From: an uncultured Actinomycetes bacterium
GTDB taxonomy: Bacteria > Actinomycetota > Thermoleophilia > UBA2241
Reading direction: 5' to 3'
Assembly: GCA_963725665.1 (NCBI GenBank)
Contig: CAVRZA010000004.1
Coordinates: forward strand, 576,001-640,000
DNA length: 64,000 nt
A program made the position numbers and the translations under genes. Under the pieces are notes generated by a model. That model worked only from the letters and a program-made list of their open reading frames with translations. It ran no database searches and was not told the origin of the DNA. Position 1 is the first letter of the stretch; each line of letters opens with the position of its first letter. Shown in pieces: positions 17,736-27,167 of this stretch.

Positions 17736-18761
17736 ATGCGACGACGAGTCAGGGTTGCCGAGCGCCGAACGAGTCCCAGCGTCTGTCGCGCCGCGTTCGT
17801 CGTCCCCGCGACCCCGATCGTCACCATCACCTTCGCCTGCCTCGCCGCCCTCGTCGCGGTGTTCCTCTTCGCCGTCGTCATCGTCCCTCAGGCGGCCGCA
17901 GCGTCGCAGAGCGGTCGTGCGGCCACCGTCAGCGCCCAGATAGGCGATCTCGACGCACAGCTCGATGCGGTCGTCGCTCGCTACGGGGTCACCTCCCAAC
18001 GCCTGGTCGATCTGCGCGCGAGCATGCGCGCCAACAGGACCAAGCTGCGTCAGGCCGAGTTCGACCTGCTCCTGGCCAAGGCCGAGCTGCTGCGCCGCGT
18101 CGTGGCCATGTACAAGGAGCGACCCGTCGACCTGCTCGACGTCGTCATGGGCTCGGCGAGCTTCGAGGAGCTCCTCGGCAAGCTGACCATGATGCGGCGG
18201 CTCAGCGACGGCGACGCCCGGCTCGTGTCCTCGACCGTGCGCATGGAGCGCGAGCTGCTCAACGAGCGCCGCACTCTGGCGGAGTCGGTCGGCCGACTGC
18301 GGACGAGCCTCGCCGACATGACTCGCGAGCGCTCCAGCCTCGAGGCCATGCTGGCGCAGCGGCGCCACCTGGTCATCGAGCTGCGCAAGGCCGCTGTCGC
18401 CAAGGCCAAGGCGGCGGCGCGGCCCAGACCGACGCCGGCTCCCAGCTCCTCCGGCACGGTCTCAGGTGGGGGTCCCTGGTGGCCGGCAGTCCAGGCTGCT
18501 GCCGCTGCCAACGGCATCGCGGCGCGCGGTCTCTACAAGCTGATGCTCGTCGAGTCGGGAGGAGTCGCCACGGTGCGCAACGGCTCCTACTGCGGGCTCT
18601 TCCAGTACAGCAACGCGACCTGGCGGGGCGCCTGGAACCCCTGGCGCGGGGCGAGCATCTTCGACGGCGCGGCGCAGATCAAGGCCAGCGCCAGGGCCGT
18701 CAAGCTCGGCCTCGGGCCTGGCTTCTGGCCCAACACGTACGGGTACGCGTTCTCCGACTGA
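17736..18761 (+). CDS. Cell-wall hydrolase: TM/signal, PcsB/CwlO-like coiled coil and a lysozyme-like (SLT/Rpf-like) domain; start uncertain
   Basis: RVVAMYK...LDVVMGSASFEELL coiled-coil motif; C-terminal VESGG...GLFQY...TW. Confidence 0.75.
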   Translation: MRRRVRVAERRTSPSVCRAAFVVPATPIVTITFACLAALVAVFLFAVVIVPQAAAASQSGRAATVSAQIGDLDAQLDAVVARYGVTSQRLVDLRASMRANRTKLRQAEFDLLLAKAELLRRVVAMYKERPVDLLDVVMGSASFEELLGKLTMMRRLSDGDARLVSSTVRMERELLNERRTLAESVGRLRTSLADMTRERSSLEAMLAQRRHLVIELRKAAVAKAKAAARPRPTPAPSSSGTVSGGGPWWPAVQAAAAANGIAARGLYKLMLVESGGVATVRNGSYCGLFQYSNATWRGAWNPWRGASIFDGAAQIKASARAVKLGLGPGFWPNTYGYAFSD

Positions 18762-18795
18762 CGTCGCGCCGGTCGTAGGCCGCGCCGAGGCGCGG

Positions 18796-19983
18796 TCACC
18801 CTTTCCAGCGCAGGATCGCAGCCACCCCATCGAGATCGGCCAGCGGGGCCGCGGCGTCTTGCTCGACCGGCGTGACGGTCGCTCCCCTCGCCAGCGCCTG
18901 CTCGATCATGCGCTCGGCCAGGAAAGGTTCGGGCACCAGCTCACCCGAGGGGACGTCGCCGGGGTGTGTGCCCTCGGGCCACAGCCGGCCGTCGGGCTCT
19001 ATGAGGCCGCTCCACTCGCGCGAGCCGTCGAGGAGCAGCGTGTGCACACGCCCCTCGAAGAGCGCCGCGAGAACGTCGGTCAGGCCGAGCGCGCCCGCGC
19101 CGCCTGCCAGGGCGGCGTCGCGGGCGCGCTCGACGAGCCGCCCCTCGCGGCGCCGCGTCGCGGCGCGCATCTCGTCCACCACCGCCTGGCTCAGCGCGTG
19201 CCTGTCGAGGTCCTCGAGCAGGCGTTCGCTCGACACGAGCTCGCGGCGCCCGTCCTTGGGGAGCGCCTGGGCGAAGGCTTCGGTCATGCGGGGGTCGCCG
19301 GCCAGGAGCAGCCTCTCCCAGGAGCGGCCCGTGGCGATGCCGTCGAGCGCATGCGCGACCGGTACGAAGAAGCGCCGCCTCGCCTCGTCGAGGCGGCGTT
19401 CGAACCGGTCGCGCTCGAGCGCGATCTGCTGTCCCGGACTGGGCGACCGCGACGGCTTGGCCTTCGCCTCGCGCCACTCCTCGGTCTCGGGCTCGAACCT
19501 CCAGCGCGCCAGCTCGTCGGCCACGCCGATCTTCCACTCGCAGAGGCGGACGCCGGAGCGCGAGACCATGATGATGCCGGCGGGGCGTGCCTCATCGAGC
19601 ACGGCAAGCAGCGGCCGCACGTAAGCGGTGCGCTCGAACACGACGCGGTTCGGCAGCGGCAGTTGCACGGCGAGGCGCTCTACGACGCCGTCGCTGACGG
19701 CGGCGTAGAGCGCCCTACCGCGACCGCTCTCCTTGGGATCGAGCAGCCGCTCGAAGTCGGGCGCGAGCGCCTCGAGACGGGCGAAGAGCGCGCGCCACGT
19801 CTCGTGCGGCTCTTCGCTCTTGACGCGCTCGCGCAGCGCCTCGAGCTCGTTCTTGATCACGACTTCCCACGCCGGCCGCTCGCTGGTCCGCTCACTCGGG
19901 TCGGCGTCGACGTAGACGCTCAAGACGCCGTAGGGATCGCGGATGCGCATGACTGACACCAGCGTCTGTTGGTTCACGTCCAC
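18796..19983 (-). CDS. Bacterial aeRF1-type release-factor homologue (baeRF family)
   Basis: N-terminal VLSVYVDADP, GRGRALY, central LLLAGD, C-terminal GRVHTLLL...GVAAILRW as in eRF1/pelota domain 3; no GGQ. Confidence 0.78.
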   Translation of the reverse strand: MDVNQQTLVSVMRIRDPYGVLSVYVDADPSERTSERPAWEVVIKNELEALRERVKSEEPHETWRALFARLEALAPDFERLLDPKESGRGRALYAAVSDGVVERLAVQLPLPNRVVFERTAYVRPLLAVLDEARPAGIIMVSRSGVRLCEWKIGVADELARWRFEPETEEWREAKAKPSRSPSPGQQIALERDRFERRLDEARRRFFVPVAHALDGIATGRSWERLLLAGDPRMTEAFAQALPKDGRRELVSSERLLEDLDRHALSQAVVDEMRAATRRREGRLVERARDAALAGGAGALGLTDVLAALFEGRVHTLLLDGSREWSGLIEPDGRLWPEGTHPGDVPSGELVPEPFLAERMIEQALARGATVTPVEQDAAAPLADLDGVAAILRWKG

Positions 19984-20153
19984 CGGAGGCGCCTCCTTTG
20001 CGGGTCATCCCGGGGCATACGGCCGCACAGTGATGCTACCCCGTGGCGGCCGTTACCGAGCATCGCCGTCAGGGTATGAGCAGACGGAGAAAGGCGCCTC
20101 TCTCGCCGCATGAGAGTCTCCGCATATCCCCCGACCACCCGGAGGCAACGATA

Positions 20154-21725
20154 GTGTTCGCCCACGACCGCCGCACGAAACTGCTCACCCTGTTCACGAT
20201 GTGCTTCGCCTTGTTCATGGCGATGCTCGACAACACCGTCGTCAATGTCGCCCTGCCGAAGATCCAGGACCAGTTCGGTTCCGGGGTGTCGGGTCTCGCG
20301 TGGATCATCGACGGCTACACGCTGATGTTCGCGGCCTTCATGCTGACGGGGGGCACCCTCGGCGATCTCTACGGGCGCAAGCGGATCTTTCTCGGCGGAC
20401 TGGTGATCTTCACGGTCGGCTCGCTGGCTGCCGGTCTCGCTCCCAGCATGTCGTTCCTGATCGCCGCTCGCGGTCTGCAGGGTCTCGGTGCTGCGGCGCT
20501 GCTGCCGGGCACGTTGTCGATCCTCGCGCAGACGTTTCCCGATCCGCGCGAACGCGCCCAGGCCATCGGCATCTGGGCCGGCGTCTCGGGCATGGCCCTC
20601 GCCGCCGGCCCCGTGGTCGGTGGCGCGCTGGTCGACAGCCTCGGGTGGCAGAGCGTGTTCTTCCTCAACGTGCCCATCGGTGTGGTCGCCTTCATCGTGG
20701 CGCTGCGGGTGGTGCGCGAGTCGAAGAATCCTGAGGGGCGCCATCTTGACCTGGCCGGTCAGCTACTGGCGATCACGGCGCTGGGATCAGTGACGTACGC
20801 CCTCATCGAGGCGAACAACTACGGCTGGACCTCACCGCTCATCCTCTCCCTGTTCGCCGTGGCCGTCGTCGCCCAGGCGCTCTTCGTCTGGGTCGAACTG
20901 CACAGCACGAGCCCCATGCTGCCGCTGCGCTTCTTCAGGAACCGGACCTTCACCGCGGGGGTCACAGTAGCCGGCCTCGTGAGCTTCGGCATGTTCGGCA
21001 TCTTCTTCTTCCTCACCCTGTTCTTCCAGAATGTGCAGGCGTACTCCGCCTTCGGCATGGGTCTGCGCGTGCTGCCGCTGACGGCCGCCATCATCGTCGT
21101 GGCGCCGCTCGCCGGCCAGATCGCCGGCCGAATCGGCTCACGCGTGCCCATGACCATAGGCATGACCATCATCAGCGCCGGCATGCTGCTGATGGTGCGC
21201 ATCGAGCCCGGCATGCCCTACTCCGCACTGTGGTGGAACCTCGCCTTGCTCGGCGTCGGGATGGGCTTGGTGATGACCCCCATGACGGCCGCGGTCATGT
21301 CCAGCGTGCCTCGCGCTCGTGCCGGCATGGCGTCGGCCACCTCGAACGCGAGCCGCGAGATCGGCGGCGTCTTCGGCATCGCGCTCCTCGGGGCCATCGT
21401 GACCCACTGGTTCGCCAGCGACCTGGCCTCCAGGCTGACGACGTTTCCGCTTCCGCCCGCCGTCAAAGGGCACGTCGTGGGTCTGGCGAGCCACGGTGGA
21501 GCGCAGGCCGCGGCGGGTCTGCCTGCGGGAACGGCGGCCCGCCTGCACGTCCTGGTGGACTCCGCCTTCGTCTCCGGTCTCCACGTCGGGTTCCTCGTCA
21601 GCGCCGCCTCGCTGGCCGTGGGGGCTATCGTCTCGGTGGTGTTCGTGAAGGGCGGCAGGCCGACTACCGAGACCATCGTGCCGGCCGGCGAGCTGGTCGT
21701 GGTCGAGGAGGGCGACGCGGCGTAG
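20154..21725 (+). CDS. DHA2 (EmrB/QacA) MFS efflux transporter
   Basis: MLDNTVVNVALP, GTLGDLYGRKR, many TMs; GGAGG RBS. Confidence 0.93.
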   Translation: MFAHDRRTKLLTLFTMCFALFMAMLDNTVVNVALPKIQDQFGSGVSGLAWIIDGYTLMFAAFMLTGGTLGDLYGRKRIFLGGLVIFTVGSLAAGLAPSMSFLIAARGLQGLGAAALLPGTLSILAQTFPDPRERAQAIGIWAGVSGMALAAGPVVGGALVDSLGWQSVFFLNVPIGVVAFIVALRVVRESKNPEGRHLDLAGQLLAITALGSVTYALIEANNYGWTSPLILSLFAVAVVAQALFVWVELHSTSPMLPLRFFRNRTFTAGVTVAGLVSFGMFGIFFFLTLFFQNVQAYSAFGMGLRVLPLTAAIIVVAPLAGQIAGRIGSRVPMTIGMTIISAGMLLMVRIEPGMPYSALWWNLALLGVGMGLVMTPMTAAVMSSVPRARAGMASATSNASREIGGVFGIALLGAIVTHWFASDLASRLTTFPLPPAVKGHVVGLASHGGAQAAAGLPAGTAARLHVLVDSAFVSGLHVGFLVSAASLAVGAIVSVVFVKGGRPTTETIVPAGELVVVEEGDAA

Positions 21726-21789
21726 TGGTGGTGGCGGGCGGCGAGGGCTCGAAGGAACCGGCGAGATTTGCACCGTCGTCACCCCATGA

Positions 21790-22763
21790 AAGAACAAGCC
21801 GCCGATCGTCGGCACCGGCCCCTTCCAGGTCGTCGACTTCAACAAGCAGAACCACTTCGTGCGCATGGTCGCCAACAAGGACTACTGGCGCGGCGCCCCG
21901 CTCATCGACGAGGTCGTCTTCACCGCGTACCTGAACCCTGACGCCATGGTGCAGGACCTGCGGAGCGGCGCCATCGACGCCTGCTGGGGCGTGCCCGAGG
22001 GCCAGTTCGCGCCGCTCGGCCAAACGGCCGGATTCAAGGCGGTCTCCTACGTTGTGAAGGGCTTCGACGAGCTCGGTTTCAACTGCTACACCGGCCCCTC
22101 GCTGGGCAACCCCCTCGTCAAAGACTGGCGCTTCCGTCAGGCCCTCAACTGGGCCATCGACAAGCAGCAGCTCGTGAAGATCGCCTACGCAGGTTACGCA
22201 GTGCCGGGCGACACCCTCATCGTGTCCGACTTCTACACGAACCCCGACTGGCACTGGCAGCCGCCACCCGACCAGCTCTATGGCTACGACCCGGCCAAGG
22301 CGACGCAGCTACTGGCCGATGCCGGCTACAAGACGGTGGGCGGGAAGCTCCTCGACAAGCAGGGCAAGCCCATCACGCTGCGTCTCCTGGCCTGCGACGG
22401 GCCGCCGCAGGGCCAGAAGATCGGCAAGCTGCTGACCGCCTGGCTGCAGGCCATCGGCATCAAGGTCAAGTTCGCCTACATGACCGCGAGCAGAACCCGT
22501 ACATCGTGCTTGCCTATCCCAAGGGGCTTGAGGCTCTCGACGCGGCGCACTGGGAGGGTTGGGTGCAGTCGCCTACCGGCACGGGCTCGGCGATCTACTC
22601 GGTCGACAACATCGACAGCTACCTCTATGTGCACCCCATGGAGGCGGCTGCGAAGGGGAACTCGCCGTCGCTCCTCATCGCCGCTTTCGTGGGCGCGGTG
22701 GTGGTCGCCGGTGTGGTCGTCTGGCTTCTGGCCAGGCGGCGGCCGAGGGCGCTTGAGGAGTAG
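21790..22763 (+). pseudogene. Remnant of a family 5 (peptide/nickel) ABC substrate-binding protein with a C-terminal TM anchor
   Basis: Begins abruptly at PIVGTGPF with no N-terminal half; contains FRQALNWAID and YDPAKA; jumps from KFAYM to PYIVLAY in another frame near 22485. Confidence 0.75.
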
Positions 22764-23017
22764 CCGCAGGCGGCCCACGGGAGGCCTTGCGGACCGCAGG
22801 GCGCTAGTGCACTAGCGCGAGCCGCTCGCGCGAGGTTCGCCCGACGAGCTCGCGAGCCGACGGGCACGGGCCATCGGGTGGCTCAGGTGCTGGGGGGTGA
22901 GGACGAGCACCCGTCCTGGTGCCGCGCGCCGCCCACGGCAGCGTCATCTACCAGGCGCTCCATGAGGCGGAGTAGGCCGCGGTACCCTCCCGCGTTGGCG
23001 GCAGTCCGGGCCTGGGG

Positions 23018-24176
23018 TCAGGCGCAGAAGATCTCGGCGAGGCGCACGTAGACGCGGGCGCTCGTCTCGACCGAGGCGAGGTCGACCCACTCGTCTGCCG
23101 TGTGTTCACGCCCACCCGTGGGGCCGAAGATGACACAGGGCACGCCGCCCTCCACGAGGATGCCCGAGTCCATCCAGCCCAGGTCGCCGCGCACCGTCAC
23201 GGGTCGGTCGAGCTCGGCGCGCGAGGCCGCGATGAGGGCGGTGACCACAGGCTCGTCGGGGTCGAGGCGCACCGGGTCGCGGCCGACGACGGTGCGCGCC
23301 GAACCCTTGAACCGCGGGTCCGTCCGCGCGGCGGCTTCGAGGATCGACCCCAGCTCGGCCTCGGCGTCGCTCACCGTCTCTCCGGGAATCAGACAGCGCT
23401 CAACGCCCAGGGTACAGGTCGCGGGGTAGGCCGGGTAGGTGATGCCGCCGGCGATGGTCGAGGCGTGCACGTTGGGGCGTCCGTAGGCGGCCGGCGTCTT
23501 CTGCGCGAGGACCTTGTCGAGGCGGCGCACGCCGTCGAGCACGGGGCCGAGAAGGGCGATGGCGTCGACCCCGTGGGCGGCGTCGAGGCCGGCGGCCTCG
23601 ACGCCGCGACTCTCGATCTCGAACCACGCGAAGCCGCCGTGCTCGGTGATGACGTCGAGGTCGCTCTGTTCGGCGAGCACGGCCGCGTGTGGCCGGTAGC
23701 GGTCGAGCAGCGCCGTGGCGCCGAGGCTCTCCCACTCCTCGTCGATGATGCCGGCGATGAGAAGATCGCCGCGGAGCGGCTGGCCGCCCGCCGTTCCGCG
23801 GGCGGCCAGCCGCTCCGCGGCCGCGACCATCGCCGCGAGGCCGCTCTTCATGTCGATCGTGCCGCGTCCGTACATGCGCCCTTCTCGCACGACGGGCTCG
23901 GAAGAGCTCGGGGTCGGCGCCGACCACGTCGAGGTGGCCGACCAGCATCAGCGAGCGCCCGCCGCCCGATCCGGCGAGGCGGGCGACGATGTTCGGTCGT
24001 CCCGGAGCGGCGTCCCAGGTGTCGACGGTGAGACCCGCCGTCGCGAGGCGCCCGGCGAGGAAGCGCGTGAGCACTCCCTCGCCGGGCGCTCCCGGCACCA
24101 GGCTCGGGTTCGTCGTGTCGATCGCGACGAGCTCCGCGAGCAGCGCGGTCAGCTCGGTGGCGGCGACATCGCTCAC
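23018..24176 (-). CDS. M20 family ArgE/DapE-like deacylase or peptidase; one frameshift near 23900
   Basis: GHLDVV, then YGRGTIDMKSG, DEE and GGREHTADEWV in the next frame; GTGA overlap with the LacI-family gene. Confidence 0.85.
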
Positions 24177-25273
24177 GAGGGCTCCTGTCCTTCTGCTGGC
24201 GTGTCGCCGCCGGGGTCTGAGCCTTCGCTCGCGGTGGCGGCGGCGGTGGCGGCGAGCGTAGACGCATCGCCGCGCTCGCCGCACGAGGCGCGCACGATGA
24301 GTTGGGTCGCAAGACGGATGCGGCGCGCTGCGCCGGCGTCGCCGGCGCAGCGCGCCAGCAGCCGCTCACCCGCCGTGCGCCCGAGCTCGTAGACGGGCTG
24401 CGCGACGACGGTCAGGGGCGGCGCGACGATCGTCGTCCAGTCAGTGTCGTCGAAGCCGATCAGGGCGACGTCGTCGGGCACGCGCAGGCACAGGTCGCGC
24501 AGGGCGCGGACGGTGCCGAGCGTCATGAAGTTGTTGGCCGTGAAGAGCGCCGTCGGCCGGTCAGGGCGCTCGAGCAGCAACCGGGCCGTCCGGTAGCCGT
24601 CGTGGGCTGAGGGGCCGCCCACGGAGACGAGGTGCGGGTCCACCGCGAGGCCGGCCTCGCGCAGGGCCTTGCGGTAGCCGCGCAGGCGCTCGGCCGTCGA
24701 GCCGATCTCGGGCGAGTCGCTGATCACGCCGATGCGCCGGTGGCCGAGGGCGATCAGGTGACGCACGGCCGCCGCCGCGCCGCCGGCGTTGTCGGCCGTC
24801 ACCGTGTCGACGCGCAGGCCGCGCAGCGGACGGTCGAGCACGACGAGCGGTGTGCCGTCGGCGGCGATGGGGGAGAGGTGAGCGAGGCTCTCCGGCGACG
24901 TCGGCGCCACCGCGAGACCGTCGACGCGCCGCGCCAGCAGTGCTTCGACCGCGCGTCGCTCCTCGTCGAGGTCTTCGTCGGAGTTGGCCAGAAGGAGTGT
25001 GTAGTCCTGCTCGCCGGCGGCGTCCGCCATGCCCCGCGCGACGAGGGAAAAGAAGGGATTCTCGATGTCGCCGACAACGAGGCCGAGCGTGCGCGTGGAG
25101 CCCGAGACGAGAGCACGCGCCACGGCATGGGGGCGGTAGCCGAGGCGCTGCGCGGCGGCGAGGACCCGGTTGCGCGCGCGCTCGCTGGCGTAGCCGTAGC
25201 CGGCGAGCGCGCGCGCTGCCGTCGCCTGCGAGACGCCCGCTTCGCGAGCTACATCCTTGATCGTCGCACTCAT
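24173..25273 (-). CDS. LacI family transcriptional regulator
   Basis: TIKDVAREAGVSQATAARAL HTH; NPFF and VPDDVALIGFDD. Confidence 0.95.
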   Translation of the reverse strand: MSATIKDVAREAGVSQATAARALAGYGYASERARNRVLAAAQRLGYRPHAVARALVSGSTRTLGLVVGDIENPFFSLVARGMADAAGEQDYTLLLANSDEDLDEERRAVEALLARRVDGLAVAPTSPESLAHLSPIAADGTPLVVLDRPLRGLRVDTVTADNAGGAAAAVRHLIALGHRRIGVISDSPEIGSTAERLRGYRKALREAGLAVDPHLVSVGGPSAHDGYRTARLLLERPDRPTALFTANNFMTLGTVRALRDLCLRVPDDVALIGFDDTDWTTIVAPPLTVVAQPVYELGRTAGERLLARCAGDAGAARRIRLATQLIVRASCGERGDASTLAATAAATASEGSDPGGDTPAEGQEPS

Positions 25274-25307
25274 GGCGCCCGGATGATACCATCTGGCGTT
25301 GAGGATG

Positions 25308-25321
25308 TGATAACGTTCTCA
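25308..25321. promoter_or_regulatory. LacI-type operator
   Basis: Near-perfect palindrome TGAtAACGTTcTCA with a central CG, between the divergent LacI-family and SBP genes. Confidence 0.75.
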
Positions 25322-25357
25322 GTCGTCCCTCGCGGGGGCGGGGGAGAAAGGAGCACC

Positions 25358-27085
25358 ATGGACCGTTCGCCCAGCGCGAAGCCCACTGTCCAGCGCCTCT
25401 TCATTTCGGCCATCGCGCTGCTCGCCGTCGTTCTCGCAACGGCTCTTGTCGGCGCTTGCGGCAGCTCAGGCGGCGGAGCCGGTGGCGCGAGCCCCGGGGC
25501 GTCGGCCGCGCCCGTCAAGGGCGGCACGATGGTCGTCGCCTACCAGTCCGACCCGCAGGCCCTCGACCCGGCCGTCGACTGGGAAGGCAACGGCTGGTCG
25601 ATCGAGCACTGCCTGTACAACACCTTCCTTACGTATGCGAGCGCCACCGGAACGGCCGGCACGAAGCTCGTGCCCGACATCGCCACGGAGGTGCCGACGG
25701 TCGAGAACGGCGGCATCAGCAACGGCGGCAAGACCTACACCTTCCACATCCGGCCCGGCATCAAGTTCGCGCCGCCCGTGAACCGCGAGGTCACGGCTCA
25801 GGATTTCAAGTACTCCTTCGAGCGCATGATGGACCCTACGACGAGGCCGAATCCGCCCGGCACGGGCTTCTACTTGAGCATCATCGGCGCCGAGGCATTC
25901 AACACAGGCAAGGCGAAGACGATCGCCGGCTTCAAGGCCGTCGACAAGTACACCGTCCAGATCGACCTCAAGAACCCCGATGCGACACTGCTGGCCGCAC
26001 TCTCGATGCCCTTCACCGCGGTCGTCCCCAAGGAGTGGGTGCAGAAGTGGGGCAGGCAGTTCGTTCGCCATCCGCTCGGCACAGGCCCCTACATGATGGA
26101 CCACTGGACCTCGGGGCAGGAGCTCGTGCTCGTGCGCAACCCGAACTGGCACTACTGGCGCGACGACGGCGGCGACAAGGCCTGGGTCGACGGTTTCACG
26201 TTCCGATTCTCCGTTACCCAGACGAGGGCGCTCCTGTTGCTCAAGAGAGGGCAAAACGACGTGCTGGGCAGCTACATCGCGTCGTCCGACTACGTCTCGG
26301 TGACCACCGACCCGGTATGGAAGAAGCAGGTCGCCGAGCAGCCGGCCATCGCTATCGACTACCTCTTCATGAACGTGCTGATGAAGCCGTTCGACAACCT
26401 GAAGGTGCGTCAGGCGGTGGCCTGGGCCGTCAACCGCGAGAAGCTCCTCAAGCTGATCAGCGGCGCCGGCAGTCCCTTGAACCAGATCTTCCCTGCCGGC
26501 CTTCCCGGGCACGTCGACGGGTCGGCGGGCGACTTCTACGGCTACGACCCCGCCAAAGCCAAGCAGCTCCTGGCTGAAGCGGGGTATCCCAACGGCTTCT
26601 CGACGATGCTCTACTCGCACAACGTCGACCCCTGGCCCAAGGTCATCCAGTCGATCCAGAACGACCTCGCGCAGGTCGGCATCAAGGCCGGCGTCAAGCT
26701 CCTTGCGATGGACACGTACTGGACGCTCATCGGCATCCCGAAGAAGGCGCCCATGGGGTTGCAGGATTGGTGGCAGGACTTCCCCGACCCGTCTGACTTC
26801 GTCCTGCCCCTCTTCAGCAAGAGCAACGCCATCGAAAACGGCGCCAACCCGAGCTACTGGTGGGATCCGACGGTCGAGGCGCAGTTGACGCAGAGCTTCG
26901 CCATGACCGACACGGCGCAGCGCCTGACTCTCTTCCAGACGATGCAGAAGGAGGTCATGGACCAGGCCCCGGCCGTTCCCCTCTTCCAGCCCAACGTGAA
27001 CTCCGTGTTCTCCAAGCGCATGCGCGGCTGGTACCTGCCGCCGATCTGGATCTTCGACTTCCTCGACTACTGGATCCAGCCGTGA
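25358..27085 (+). CDS. ABC substrate-binding lipoprotein, family 5 (OppA/DppA-like)
   Basis: LVGAC lipobox, LDPA, TYTFHIRPGIKF, GTGPY and VRQAVAWAVNR. Confidence 0.93.
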   Translation: MDRSPSAKPTVQRLFISAIALLAVVLATALVGACGSSGGGAGGASPGASAAPVKGGTMVVAYQSDPQALDPAVDWEGNGWSIEHCLYNTFLTYASATGTAGTKLVPDIATEVPTVENGGISNGGKTYTFHIRPGIKFAPPVNREVTAQDFKYSFERMMDPTTRPNPPGTGFYLSIIGAEAFNTGKAKTIAGFKAVDKYTVQIDLKNPDATLLAALSMPFTAVVPKEWVQKWGRQFVRHPLGTGPYMMDHWTSGQELVLVRNPNWHYWRDDGGDKAWVDGFTFRFSVTQTRALLLLKRGQNDVLGSYIASSDYVSVTTDPVWKKQVAEQPAIAIDYLFMNVLMKPFDNLKVRQAVAWAVNREKLLKLISGAGSPLNQIFPAGLPGHVDGSAGDFYGYDPAKAKQLLAEAGYPNGFSTMLYSHNVDPWPKVIQSIQNDLAQVGIKAGVKLLAMDTYWTLIGIPKKAPMGLQDWWQDFPDPSDFVLPLFSKSNAIENGANPSYWWDPTVEAQLTQSFAMTDTAQRLTLFQTMQKEVMDQAPAVPLFQPNVNSVFSKRMRGWYLPPIWIFDFLDYWIQP

Positions 27086-27142
27086 GTCCGAGTCCGGCTA
27101 CGAGCCCGAGTCCGACCAGGGGCCCGAGTCTGGCAACGAGCC
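27084..27142 (+). repeat. Degenerate 18-bp tandem repeat, about 3.3 copies
   Basis: GAGTCCGAGTCCGGCTAC / GAGCCCGAGTCCGACCAG / GGGCCCGAGTCTGGCAAC / GAGCC. Confidence 0.6.
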
Positions 27143-27167
27143 TGGACGCAGCCGCGAGGAGGGACAC

